From positions 10,507 through 74,506 of the forward strand of contig JBOGUF010000149.1 of NCBI GenBank assembly GCA_050696075.1: a stretch of 64,000 nucleotides of DNA, given 5' to 3'. Under the pieces are notes generated by a model. That model was not told where the DNA came from. It worked only from the letters and a program-made list of their open reading frames with translations, and did not search any database. The stretch is from Thermomicrobiales bacterium (GTDB lineage Bacteria > Chloroflexota > Chloroflexia > Thermomicrobiales > UBA6265). Made by a program: the position numbers and the translations under genes. This document shows positions 51,575 to 60,573 of this stretch, in pieces (the stretch's first letter is position 1; each line of letters opens with the position of its first letter).

Positions 51575-51604
51575 GGGTCAGGGGTCGGGAGTCAGGAGTC
51601 AGGG
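51575..51604. repeat. tandem heptamer array (GRGTCRG x4), left arm of the four-helix-bundle cassette
   Basis: gggtcaggggtcgggagtcaggagtcaggga. It contains the TGA stop (tca at 51599-51601) of the four-helix-bundle gene. Confidence 0.85.
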
Positions 51605-51973
51605 ACGACGTTCGAGCTTACGCTCAAGAGCGTTTCTTAGAGAAGCGAGTTGTTTGCCTAAGGGCACGACGATTTCCTTCACTTCCTCGAATTGTGCGGC
51701 CTTCAGATACCCAAATCGGACCGCTAATTCACATTGCGTTTCAACCTCCGCCAATGAACTACGAGCAATAGAGATGGCTTGCAAATACTCCTTCGTCGAT
51801 TCCCTGGTGTGTCCCTCCGCGACGTTGGATGGAATTGAAACGGCAGCTCGGCGCAGTTGATTTGCCAGACCATACAGTTCGTGACGAGGAAATGCTTCGG
51901 TTTGCTTGTGGATCATTTCCGCGAGGTCCATCCCTAGTTTCCACACCCGAAGATCCCGAAAGCTCTCAATCAC
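51599..51973 (-). CDS. four helix bundle protein (TIGR02436 / 23S rRNA intervening-sequence protein family)
   Basis: GTG start at 51973 after GAGAGGAG. FRDLRVWKLGMDLAEMIHKQTEAFPRHELYGLANQLRRAAVSIPSNVAEG is the family signature. The upstream part of the track ORF is a shadow. Confidence 0.85.
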   Translation of the reverse strand: MIESFRDLRVWKLGMDLAEMIHKQTEAFPRHELYGLANQLRRAAVSIPSNVAEGHTRESTKEYLQAISIARSSLAEVETQCELAVRFGYLKAAQFEEVKEIVVPLGKQLASLRNALERKLERRP

Positions 51974-51997
51974 CTTCGCTCCTCTCGTCGCCTTTGC

Positions 51998-52026
51998 CCC
52001 TGACTCCTGACTCCTGACCCCTGTCA
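51998..52026. repeat. tandem heptamer array (CCTGACY x4), right arm, inverse of 51575-51604
   Basis: cctgactcctgactcctgacccctgtca. Its reverse complement matches the left arm with 1-2 mismatches over ~24 bp. It contains the TGA stop of aspartate kinase (52024-52026). Confidence 0.85.
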
Positions 52027-53475
52027 CCCAACTCGTAATGATTCGGCCAGCATGTCGGAGCGGCGGGGGCGGCGGCCACGGGCGCTGGCGGTTTGGGGGC
52101 GGATGAAGGCGGTGTGGATCGCTACGACGGCGCGGTCGGCGGCGCGGGCCGGGACGGCGGCGACGAGGGCCGCGTTCGACATCTGCTGACTCGCGGCCAG
52201 GACGGGAACGCCGGCGCGGTGGAGGACGCCGAGCATGCGGGCCAGGGCAGCGGGTTTTTCGGCCGCGCCCTGGCCGATCGCGGCGACGACGGCGACCTCC
52301 TCGGTGCAACCGACTTCGGCCTCGAAGTCGCGGGCGCCAAGGACTTCCTCGATCCGGCACTGGGTGCGGCCACAGCCGCCGCCGGTGGCGGCGTCGACCA
52401 GGTAGGTCATGCGGCGGCGGGAGGAGGCTTGGGCGGCGAGCACGACTTCGATCCGGTCTTCGTGCAGCGCGCCGAAGACGGCCGAGGCGGCGCCGGAGAG
52501 GTCTTCCAGCTCCGGGACGTCGACGGTCAGAAGCAGCAGACCGTGCATAGCGGTGACCGCCTTGACTTGGTCGCCGGCCGCCTCGCGAGTGACGAGCGTG
52601 CCCGGCTCGGTGGGGGCGACGGTGGAAAGGATGCGGACCGGAATGCCGCGGGCGACGGCGGGACGGATGGTGCGGGGGTGGAGGACCTTGGCGCCGAAGT
52701 GGGCCAGCTCTTGGGCCTCGTCGAAGCTGACGCTCGGCACGACGCGGGCGTCGGGCACCTTGCGGGGGTCGGCGGAGAGGACGCCGGGCACGTCGGTCCA
52801 GATATGGATCTCGTCGGCGTCGAGGGCCGCGCCGAGCAGCGTTGCGCTGTAGTCGGAACCTCCGCGGCCGAGGGTGGTCGTCGTCCCGTCCGGGGCGAAG
52901 CCGATGAAGCCGGTCATGACGACGGTGAGCCCCTGGTCGAGGAGGGGGCGGACGACGGCGTTCGCCTGCTCGCGGGTGCGGACACGGTCGGGGCGAGCCG
53001 CGCCGAAGCGGTCGTCAGTGGCGATGACGCGGTCGGCGAAGAGGTGGACGGCCGGCGTGCCGCGCGATCTGAGCGTGGCGGCCATGAGGACGCTGAGTGC
53101 CTTTTCACCGGTGGCGCCGATGCGGTCCGAGTCGCGGTGGGAAAGGTCGCCGGCTTCGGCGACGTCGTTGAGGGCGTCGTCAAGCGTGGCGTGGAGTTGG
53201 TCGAGCTCGACGAGGGCGGCGAGGCGCTCCGCTTCGTCCTCGATGCCGTCTGCAATGCCGAGGTGCTTTTCGCGGATAGTGGCGGCGATGGCAGCGGCCT
53301 GGTCGCGCTCGCCGGTCGCGGCGGCGCGGGCAGCGTCGAGAAGCAGGTTAGTGACGCCGCTGGCGGCGGAGACAACCGCGGCGCGGGGTTGGGGTTGGGC
53401 CTCGGTAATCGCGGCGGCATCCCGGACGCGGTCGCGATTGCCGACCGAGGTGCCGCCGAATTTGAGGACGATCAT
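52024..53475 (-). CDS. ask: aspartate kinase
   Basis: 483 aa. N-terminal MIVLKFGGTSVG, a kinase core, and C-terminal ACT-like regions. Confidence 0.92.
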   Translation of the reverse strand: MIVLKFGGTSVGNRDRVRDAAAITEAQPQPRAAVVSAASGVTNLLLDAARAAATGERDQAAAIAATIREKHLGIADGIEDEAERLAALVELDQLHATLDDALNDVAEAGDLSHRDSDRIGATGEKALSVLMAATLRSRGTPAVHLFADRVIATDDRFGAARPDRVRTREQANAVVRPLLDQGLTVVMTGFIGFAPDGTTTTLGRGGSDYSATLLGAALDADEIHIWTDVPGVLSADPRKVPDARVVPSVSFDEAQELAHFGAKVLHPRTIRPAVARGIPVRILSTVAPTEPGTLVTREAAGDQVKAVTAMHGLLLLTVDVPELEDLSGAASAVFGALHEDRIEVVLAAQASSRRRMTYLVDAATGGGCGRTQCRIEEVLGARDFEAEVGCTEEVAVVAAIGQGAAEKPAALARMLGVLHRAGVPVLAASQQMSNAALVAAVPARAADRAVVAIHTAFIRPQTASARGRRPRRSDMLAESLRVG

Positions 53476-53480
53476 GACGT

Positions 53481-53589
53481 AGCTCCTAGCCGCTAGCTGC
53501 TGGCCTCTAGCTTCTTGCGTGCCATCTCCACGTCGCTGTGGACACCCGCTAACTCAAGGCTAGGAGCTAACGGCTAATGGCTAGTTGCT
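53481..53589. repeat. imperfect inverted heptamer arrays (AGCNNCT-type) between attenuator and ask start
   Basis: Left arm agctcctagccgctagctgctggcctctagcttcttg. Right arm caaggctaggagctaacggctaatggctagttgct. 53480-53491 and 53558-53569 are 12 bp perfectly complementary and include the ask Shine-Dalgarno sequence. Confidence 0.75.
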
Positions 53590-53590
53590 G

Positions 53591-53623
53591 ACAAAACAAG
53601 AGCGGGAGCGTTGCCGCTCCCGC
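53591..53623 (-). terminator. intrinsic terminator (attenuator) downstream of the leader peptide
   Basis: On the minus strand: GCGGGAGCG-GCAA-CGCTCCCGC followed by TCTTGTTTTGT. Confidence 0.75.
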
Positions 53624-53659
53624 CTGCCGGTTCGTTTGGATGTTCGCCGGGCCTTCGCC

Positions 53660-53776
53660 CTACTCGCTACGCACCCTCCGACCGACAGGCATGGGCTTGG
53701 TAATCATGATGCCGGTGATGGCAATCATGGTCTCAGTAGTGGTGCCGGTCGTGATAGCGCGCACAATCTCACTCAT
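53660..53776 (-). CDS. putative Thr/Ile/Met-rich leader peptide of the ask-asd operon
   Basis: Manual translation gives [38 protein letters not shown]. That is 8 Thr, 6 Ile and 3 internal Met in 38 codons. It lies upstream of the terminator and ask. Confidence 0.65.
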   Translation of the reverse strand: MSEIVRAITTGTTTETMIAITGIMITKPMPVGRRVRSE

Positions 53777-53923
53777 GGCAGCACTATAAACGGTGAAGCG
53801 TTGGAACGCAAGAGGTTACGGCCCCCGGCCGGTCGATTGCTTGGCGATGCATTTTCGGCATGGAATGTGCTGCTAGCGTCGGGGTATCTGGAACCATGGA
53901 CCGATAACAAGGGAGGGAAGGTG

Positions 53924-55141
53924 ATGGTCGCTGTCTGCTCGCGCGCGCGAGATCGGTTGGCCGCGATACTGGGCGCCGTCGTCGTGCTCGCCGTGGTGGT
54001 CGCGTCGTCGGGCGTCGCCGTGGCGGGTGCGCAGACCGCGTCGCCGCCGGCTGGGGCGACGCCGGCCGGTGCGCCGGGCATCGTGAAGGAGCCGTACGGA
54101 ACCGTGGATGGCGAGGCAGTCGATCGGTACACCTTGACCAACGCCGCCGGCATGGAGGTCGTGATTTTGACCTACGGCGGCATCATGCAATCGATTACCG
54201 TGCCCGACCGCGACGGGACTTTGGCGAATGTCGCGCTCGGGTTCGACAACCTGGACGACTACGTCAACCGTAACCCGTACTTCGGCTGCATCACCGGCCG
54301 CTACGCGAACCGGATCGCCAATGGATCCTTTACCCTCGAGGGCGAGACGTACCAATTGGCGATCAACAACGACCCGAACACGCTCCATGGCGGCGAGAAG
54401 GGGTTTGACAAGTACGTTTGGGCGGCGGAAGAGGTGAGCGGCGCGGACGGCATGGGCATCCGGCTCAGCCGCGTCAGCCCGGACGGCGAGGAGGGCTACC
54501 CCGGCACGCTGACGGTCGAGGTGACGTACACCCTGACGGAGAACAACGAACTGCGGATCGACTATCGCGCCACGACCGACGCCGCGACGGTGGTCAACCT
54601 GACCAACCACTCGTACTTCAACCTGGCCGGGGAGGGCGCGGGGAGCATCTTCGACCACGAACTGCAGATCTTCGCGGCCAACTACACGCCGGTCGACGGG
54701 ACGTTAATTCCGACCGGGGCGATCGCCCCGGTCGCGGGGACGCCGTTCGACTTCACGCGGTCGACGGCGATCGGCGCCCGTATCCGCGACGGGAGCAACG
54801 AGCAGATCGTGATCGGACGGGGATACGACCATAACTTCGTGCTCGACCGCGCCAGCTCAGACGATGTCTCGCTGATCGCGGCGGCGCGGGTACATGACCC
54901 GGCGAGTGGGCGGGTGATGGAGGTTTCGACAACCGAGCCGGGCATCCAGTTCTACACCGGCAACTTCCTCGACGCGACGCTGGTCGGCCCGAACGGCGCG
55001 ATCTACCGCCAGGGCGACGGCTTCGCCCTTGAAACGCAGCACTACCCGGACTCCCCGAACCAACCGGATTTCCCCTCGACCGTGCTGCAGCCGGGCGAGG
55101 AGTACACCTCGACGACGGTGTACGCGTTTTCGACGGAGTAG
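53924..55141 (+). CDS. galM: aldose 1-epimerase (galactose mutarotase), secreted/anchored form
   Basis: ATG at 53924 after GGGAGGGAAGG, followed by a signal/TM segment. Motifs [38 protein letters not shown] and HSYFNL. Confidence 0.88.
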   Translation: MVAVCSRARDRLAAILGAVVVLAVVVASSGVAVAGAQTASPPAGATPAGAPGIVKEPYGTVDGEAVDRYTLTNAAGMEVVILTYGGIMQSITVPDRDGTLANVALGFDNLDDYVNRNPYFGCITGRYANRIANGSFTLEGETYQLAINNDPNTLHGGEKGFDKYVWAAEEVSGADGMGIRLSRVSPDGEEGYPGTLTVEVTYTLTENNELRIDYRATTDAATVVNLTNHSYFNLAGEGAGSIFDHELQIFAANYTPVDGTLIPTGAIAPVAGTPFDFTRSTAIGARIRDGSNEQIVIGRGYDHNFVLDRASSDDVSLIAAARVHDPASGRVMEVSTTEPGIQFYTGNFLDATLVGPNGAIYRQGDGFALETQHYPDSPNQPDFPSTVLQPGEEYTSTTVYAFSTE

Positions 55142-55153
55142 GGCGGCAAGAGC

Positions 55154-55188
55154 GGGAGGCGGAAGGCGGAAGGCGGAAGGCGGGAGAC
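55154..55188. repeat. tandem heptamer array (GGAAGGC x ~5), solitary
   Basis: gggaggcggaaggcggaaggcggaaggcgggagac starts 13 nt after the galM stop. It is followed by the hairpin gccgggttgaaaacccggc. Confidence 0.8.
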
Positions 55189-55273
55189 GGCCAGGCGGGG
55201 TCATTCCGGCGTTGCGTGACGCCGGGTTGAAAACCCGGCGATCAGATCAAGTACGCCGTGCTGGAGCGCAGCG

Positions 55274-56377
55274 GTGGCATCACGATCATCCCCAAGCACG
55301 TCGGCTAAGCAGGCGAAACAGACTCTGAACGGCAATGCGGTGGCGGATGCCCGCGCGGCAGGGCCGCGGTACGTTACCGACGCCAAGCCGGGCATCCGGC
55401 GGCAGCGGTCGGGACGCGGTTTCCGCTACCTGGATGCAAACGACAAGCCGGTGCGCGACCAGGCGACACTGGCGCGGATCAAGGCGCTGGCGATCCCGCC
55501 GGCCTGGACCGACGTCTGGATCAGCCCGTCGCCGAGCGGTCACATCCAGGCGACCGGGCGGGACAACGCCGGGCGCAAGCAGTACCGCTACCACCCCGCC
55601 TGGCGAGAGGTGCGGGACGAGGCGAAGTACGTTCGGCTCGTCGCGTTCGGCCGGGCGTTGCCGGCGATCCGGGCGCGCGTAAGCGAGGACATGGGGCGGC
55701 GCGACTTGTCGCGCGACCGGGTAGTCGCGGCGGTCGTGCGGCTGCTCGAGGAAACGCTGATTCGGGTCGGCAACGAGGAGTACGCGCAAGCGAACCGCTC
55801 GTTCGGGCTGACGACGCTGCGCGACCGGCACGTCGAGGTGAACGGCGCCACGCTGCACTTCCAATTCCGGGGCAAGGGCGGGAAGGAGCACGCGATCGAG
55901 TTGCACGACCCGCGGGTGGCCCGCGTCGTCCGGCGCTGCCGCGAGATCCCCGGCCAGGCGCTGTTTCAGTACCTCGACGAGGCGGGCGAGCGCCAGCTTG
56001 TCGACTCGGGCGACGTCAACGACTACCTGGGAGAGGTCGCGGGCGCGGAGTTCACGGCGAAGGACTTTCGGACCTGGGCGGGCACCCTCTCGGCTTGCCG
56101 CGCCTTCCTGGCGTGCGAACAGGCGACGTCGAAGACGGAGGCGGAACGGCTAGTCGTCGGCGTCGTCGACGAGGTGGCGGCGCACCTGGGCAACACCCGC
56201 GCCGTCTGCCGCCGCTGTTACATCCACCCGGCGGTGATCGACGCCTTTGTGGAGGGCAGCCTGGCCGCAGCCTTCGCGGCCGACGAGGAGGCGTCCGACG
56301 GGGAAGGACCGGAACTGACGGAGCGCGAGCGGGACCTGCTGAACTTCCTGGAAAAGGCGGCCAAGGCGAGCCGTTGA
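55274..56377 (+). CDS. DNA topoisomerase IB (bacterial poxvirus-like type)
   Basis: 367 aa. YVTDAKPGIRRQRSGRGFRYLD, LAIPPAWTDVWISP and GRKQYRYHP are typical of bacterial TopIB. C-terminal catalytic region with CRRCYIHP. Confidence 0.85.
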   Translation: MASRSSPSTSAKQAKQTLNGNAVADARAAGPRYVTDAKPGIRRQRSGRGFRYLDANDKPVRDQATLARIKALAIPPAWTDVWISPSPSGHIQATGRDNAGRKQYRYHPAWREVRDEAKYVRLVAFGRALPAIRARVSEDMGRRDLSRDRVVAAVVRLLEETLIRVGNEEYAQANRSFGLTTLRDRHVEVNGATLHFQFRGKGGKEHAIELHDPRVARVVRRCREIPGQALFQYLDEAGERQLVDSGDVNDYLGEVAGAEFTAKDFRTWAGTLSACRAFLACEQATSKTEAERLVVGVVDEVAAHLGNTRAVCRRCYIHPAVIDAFVEGSLAAAFAADEEASDGEGPELTERERDLLNFLEKAAKASR

Positions 56378-56389
56378 CGGCCCACGACG

Positions 56390-57019
56390 TTACCCAAGCA
56401 GCTCTCGGACGATTTGGGCGACCGCCTTGCCGAGTTTTTCGTGTTCGCTTGATTCGAAGTGGATGCCGTCGAGGTCGGAGGAGACGATGACGCCGGCGGC
56501 GTCGAGGAAGGTGACGCCGGGATACCAGGAGGCGCACGCGCGGTAGTGGTAGGCGAAGTCGCGGGATTTTGGCTGGGCGCCGGCGAACATGTCGGCGAAG
56601 GCGGTGAGCGTGGCGACCGGGGGCGGGGCGATGAGGAGCACCTTGGGCGGTCCGCCGTCCGGACCGAACGGGGTGAGGCGGGCGAGATTGGCGAGGTAGG
56701 CGGCGCTTTCGGCGATGTCGGATGCGCTCCGGTGGAAGCGTTCCTTCAGGTCGTTGGCGCCGAGCATGATCGTGACCAGATCGAACGGGTGGTGCGATTC
56801 AAGGCAGGGTGGCAGGTAGTCGAGACCGTTGCGGTGCGGTTGGAGGGGGTCGTCGACGTTGGTCGTGCGGCCGTTGAGCCCTTCCTCGATCACGCGGTAA
56901 TCGGGGCCGAGTTCCCGCTGGAGGACGCCGGGCCAGCGGGTGTCCGGGCCGAACCGGAGGTGGGTCGCCGGGTCGTAGCCCCAGGTGTTCGAATCGCCGA
57001 AGCAGACGACGGTCTTCAC
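56390..57019 (-). CDS. SGNH/GDSL hydrolase family protein
   Basis: 209 aa. Block I FGDSNTWG, and GANDL. Confidence 0.88.
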   Translation of the reverse strand: MKTVVCFGDSNTWGYDPATHLRFGPDTRWPGVLQRELGPDYRVIEEGLNGRTTNVDDPLQPHRNGLDYLPPCLESHHPFDLVTIMLGANDLKERFHRSASDIAESAAYLANLARLTPFGPDGGPPKVLLIAPPPVATLTAFADMFAGAQPKSRDFAYHYRACASWYPGVTFLDAAGVIVSSDLDGIHFESSEHEKLGKAVAQIVRELLG

Positions 57020-57128
57020 GCGGTGCTCCTTTGCCGATCAGGATCGGTGTGACCGGCGCAGGATACCCGCGTCGTTTCTGCCGGCCAAGACCCCTTGCCG
57101 AAACCTCGATCAGTTCCTATTCTCTGTT

Positions 57129-57165
<37 letters not shown>

Positions 57166-57340
57166 AGTGATGACCATGCGGTGCGCCAATCCGCCGGGGG
57201 CGACTGTGGACGGCAAGCCCGGCTGGTGCTACATCGATATGAGCGATCTCCCGCTGTCCTGAGACGTTTGCGTGCGTGGACAGCGGGGGTGGGCGCCGAG
57301 GAAGCGACCCCCTCCCGGTTTTTTCGGGGGTAGCTTGCAC

Positions 57341-58627
57341 ATGGTCAATCGACGATGGGTCCGCCTCGGCGGCCTCTGGCGGCACGCCGACTTCCGGCGG
57401 TTTTGGGCTGCCGAGACAATTTCGCAATTCGGCTCCCACATCACGCTCCTTGTCCTGCCGCTGATGGCGGTGATCAGCCTCGACGCTTCTCCCTTCGAGA
57501 TGGGCCTACTGACGGCGATGGGAACGCTGCCGTTCCTGCTCGTCGGCCTCTTCGTCGGGGTCTGGGTGGATCGGATGCGGCGGCGGCCAATCATGGTCAT
57601 CACCGACGTCGGCCGGGCGGCGGTGCTGCTCGTGATCCCGGTCGTCGCCTGGTTCGACCGGCTGAACATGGGCGTGCTCTACACCGTCGCGTTCCTGGTC
57701 GGGGTGCAAACGGTCTTCTTCGACGTCGCCTACGCCTCGTACGTACCGTCGCTGGTGCGGCGGGAGCGGTTGGTCGATGCGAACAGCAAGTTGCAGGCGT
57801 CGGCTTCGGTGGCGCAGGTCGCCGGGCCGGGTCTGGGCGGCGTGCTGGTTGGGTTGATCACCGCGCCGGTGGCGATCCTGCTCGACGCCTGCTCGTTTCT
57901 CCTCTCGGCGCTCTTTCTGCGGCGAATCGAGACGGATGAGGCGGAACCGGAGCGGGCCGCGGAACGCCAGCCGATGCTGCGCCAGATCCGCGAGGGGCTG
58001 GCCGTGGTCGGGTCGGACCGGGTGCTCCGGGCACTGGTCGGAACGAGCGCGGTCAACACGTTTGCGGGCTACATCTTCCTCTCGGTCTACATCCTCTTCA
58101 TGTCGCGCGAGTTGAACCTGGGGGCGACGGCAATCGGGGTGGTGCTAGCGACCGGGGGCGTCGGCGCGTTCATCGGCGCGATGCTTGCGGGGCCGGCGGC
58201 GCGGCGCTTTGGACAGGGGCCGGCGCTGATTCTCGGCCAGTTTCTCTTCGGCGCGACCGGGCTGACGGTGCCGCTGGCGATCTTCATTCCGAGCGTGGCG
58301 TTGCCGCTGGTGATCGCCGCGGAGTTCCTCCAATGGCTGACGCTGCTGATCTACAGCGTGAATGCGGTCAGCCTGCGGCAGGCAATCACGCCCGACCGCC
58401 TCTTGGGGCGGGTGAACGCGACGGCTCGATTTGTCGCCACGGGGGCGCAGCCGATCGGCTCGCTGGCCGGCGGCGCGCTGGGTGGGTTGATCGGGGTGCC
58501 GATGACGCTGGTGGTGGGGGAGATCGGGATGTTCGTCGCCGTCGCCTGGCTGCTCTGGTCGCCGGTGCGGGCGATCCGGCAGGCGGTGGTGGTGGAGGAG
58601 CCGGCAGCCGTCACGGCTGCCGCGTGA
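57341..58627 (+). CDS. MFS transporter
   Basis: ATG at 57341 (MVNRRWVRLGGLWRHADFRRFWAAETISQFG), about 12 TM helices, MFS_3/EntS-like N-terminus. Confidence 0.88.
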   Translation: MVNRRWVRLGGLWRHADFRRFWAAETISQFGSHITLLVLPLMAVISLDASPFEMGLLTAMGTLPFLLVGLFVGVWVDRMRRRPIMVITDVGRAAVLLVIPVVAWFDRLNMGVLYTVAFLVGVQTVFFDVAYASYVPSLVRRERLVDANSKLQASASVAQVAGPGLGGVLVGLITAPVAILLDACSFLLSALFLRRIETDEAEPERAAERQPMLRQIREGLAVVGSDRVLRALVGTSAVNTFAGYIFLSVYILFMSRELNLGATAIGVVLATGGVGAFIGAMLAGPAARRFGQGPALILGQFLFGATGLTVPLAIFIPSVALPLVIAAEFLQWLTLLIYSVNAVSLRQAITPDRLLGRVNATARFVATGAQPIGSLAGGALGGLIGVPMTLVVGEIGMFVAVAWLLWSPVRAIRQAVVVEEPAAVTAAA

Positions 58628-58671
58628 CGGGACGAGTCCTCATTGCATTCGGAATGGCGGGGTGTGTTGCG

Positions 58672-58817
58672 GTTAGGGTCTGTTTGAAAAGCTCCGTCAT
58701 GCTGAGGCGAAGCCGAAGCATCCCCGCGCGAAGCGCCGCGCTGGCGGTGAGGCACGCGGCGTCGCCGGGGGATGCCCTTCGGTGCCTCAGCATGACGGTG
58801 TGCAAACGCGCCCTAAT
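58672..58817. repeat. REP/MITE-like nested palindrome, copy 3 (full length with outer arms)
   Basis: gttagggtctgtttgaaaagctccgtcatgctgaggc ... gcctcagcatgacggtgtgcaaacgcgccctaatc. The outer arm overlaps the TAG stop of the S8 peptidase gene. Confidence 0.85.
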
Positions 58818-60372
58818 CGTCTGACTCCTCGGAATCCTCTGAATCGTCGGATTCGTCATCGTCGTCGTCCGCCTCTTCGGTGACCGTCGCGGTCGGCTCT
58901 GGCGGCGTGGTTGGTTCGATGGTGGGGGTTGGTTCGATCGTCGCGGTCGGCTCCGCCGTTGGGCTGGCCGCGAGGGTGGCGGTGGGCTCGGCGGTGGGGC
59001 TGGCGACTTCGTCCGCCGCGGCGACGGTCGGACAGTCGACGGCGGCGACGACGTCGAGCCGACCGGCGCCGAGCAGACCGACAAAGCTCGGATTGGCGCC
59101 GTCGACGTCGACGGCGGTCGCCTGGAGTTGGGCGTTCACCTCGGCGGCCGACCAGCCGGGGTTCTGGGACAAGAGCAGCGCGGCGGCGCCGGAGACGAAC
59201 GGCGTCGCCATGCTCGTCCCGCTCCAGGTGGCGTAGCCGCCGCCCGGCACGGTGCTGGCGATGCCGGTGCCCGGCGCGCTCACGGCGAGCGCGGGGTGGA
59301 AGTTGCTGAAGGCGCTCTTCAGGTCTTGCGCGTCGGTCGCGGCGACGCCGAGGGCGACGCCGCCACTGGCGGGATATTCCTCGGGCTCGAATCGGTTGAG
59401 GTTGCCGGCGGCGGCGGTGACGATGATGCCTCGCCCGGCCGCGTCGGCGACCGCCTCCTCGGTGACGATGGCATCGTGGGTCGAGCCAAGACTCAGGTTG
59501 ATGACGCGGGCGCCGTGGTCGATCGCATAGTAGATCGCGGCGGCAAGGAAGAAAGCGTCGCCGCCGCCGTCGCTGTCGAGTGCCTTGACCGGGAGGATGG
59601 AGGCGCCGGGGGCGGTCAGGACGATGGTGCCGGCGACGTGGGTGCCGTGCCCGACCATCTCGTCGACGAAGCCGTCGCCGTCGTCGTCGATGCCGTTGCC
59701 GACGTCGGCCACGTTGCCGTTCTGCTCGAAGACGTTCCAGCCGGTTGCCAGGACGCGCCCAGCGAAGACGGGGTGCGCGGCGTCGATGCCGGTGTCGATC
59801 ACGGCGACAACGACCCCGTCACCGCGGGCGCAATCGTGCGCCGCGGGCAGGCCGAGGAGGTCGGACGCGTACTGGCCGTTGTAGGCGCCGGCGTCCGCGC
59901 CGCCGCTGGTGAAGAAGTAACCTGGGCGCCCCTCCGGCGCCTGGCTGGTGAAGTTCAGCTCCGCCCAGACTGCCGCCGGGTCGTCCTCCAGTGTGTCCGC
60001 GAGGTCTTCCTCGTCGACACTGTCCGGCAGGCGCAGCAGGTAGATGCCGCGTGAGGCGATGTCGGCGATAACGGAGGCGCCATGGCGGCTGTTGAAGGCG
60101 GCAACATCGGCGCCGGGGGCGAGTCGCACGATCGCTTGGTCGGCGCGGAAGCGGTCCACCGTTGGGTCGTCGTCATCGTCATCGTCGTCATCATCGGCGT
60201 CGTCGTCGTCGCTGTCCTGATGGCGCGCGAGATCGCCCGCGCGTGCCCCGCCATCGGGCGCGGCGAAGCCCGCCACGGTGGCGATGGCCGACCAGAACGG
60301 CACGATCAGCAGACAGGCCATCAGCGCGAGGATGCTCACGCGCCGCACGGTACGCTCAACCATTCGGGTCAC
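58813..60372 (-). CDS. S8 family (subtilisin-like) serine peptidase with acidic tracts and Pro/Thr-rich repeats
   Basis: Catalytic triad motifs VAVIDTGID, GHGTHVAG and GTSMATPFVSG. Poly-Asp run DSDDDDADDDDDDDDDD. C-terminal PTAEPTAT repeats and an acidic tail. Confidence 0.9.
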   Translation of the reverse strand: MTRMVERTVRRVSILALMACLLIVPFWSAIATVAGFAAPDGGARAGDLARHQDSDDDDADDDDDDDDDDPTVDRFRADQAIVRLAPGADVAAFNSRHGASVIADIASRGIYLLRLPDSVDEEDLADTLEDDPAAVWAELNFTSQAPEGRPGYFFTSGGADAGAYNGQYASDLLGLPAAHDCARGDGVVVAVIDTGIDAAHPVFAGRVLATGWNVFEQNGNVADVGNGIDDDGDGFVDEMVGHGTHVAGTIVLTAPGASILPVKALDSDGGGDAFFLAAAIYYAIDHGARVINLSLGSTHDAIVTEEAVADAAGRGIIVTAAAGNLNRFEPEEYPASGGVALGVAATDAQDLKSAFSNFHPALAVSAPGTGIASTVPGGGYATWSGTSMATPFVSGAAALLLSQNPGWSAAEVNAQLQATAVDVDGANPSFVGLLGAGRLDVVAAVDCPTVAAADEVASPTAEPTATLAASPTAEPTATIEPTPTIEPTTPPEPTATVTEEADDDDDESDDSEDSEESDD

Positions 60373-60573
60373 TCCACTACCCTACAGCCGCTCCCGGACG
60401 GTTCCGCGACGTCGCCTGTCGGACCATGAGAAATGCCTGTCATGCAAGAAACATGCCCGGCACCGTTCGCTTAGGAGAGGCGCTATCGGCCGAGGAAAAT
60501 ACATCCGCGCCCGATCTTCCCTCCGTGTGGATAATCGCTTCACGGCGGGCACGGCACGACGTGCCCCTACCGA

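Noticed and set aside
51599-51973. Four-helix-bundle protein as the Avd of a diversity-generating retroelement
   Set aside because: No reverse transcriptase and no template/variable repeat pair are visible anywhere in the window.
55274-56377. Topoisomerase IB as the recombinase for the tail-bounded units
   Set aside because: It is the only enzyme in the window with tyrosine-recombinase-like chemistry. CCCTT occurs in two asd tail copies (48644, 49675). However, CCCTT is absent from the intact asd tail and from the thyX copies, and there is no positional link. This is pure speculation.
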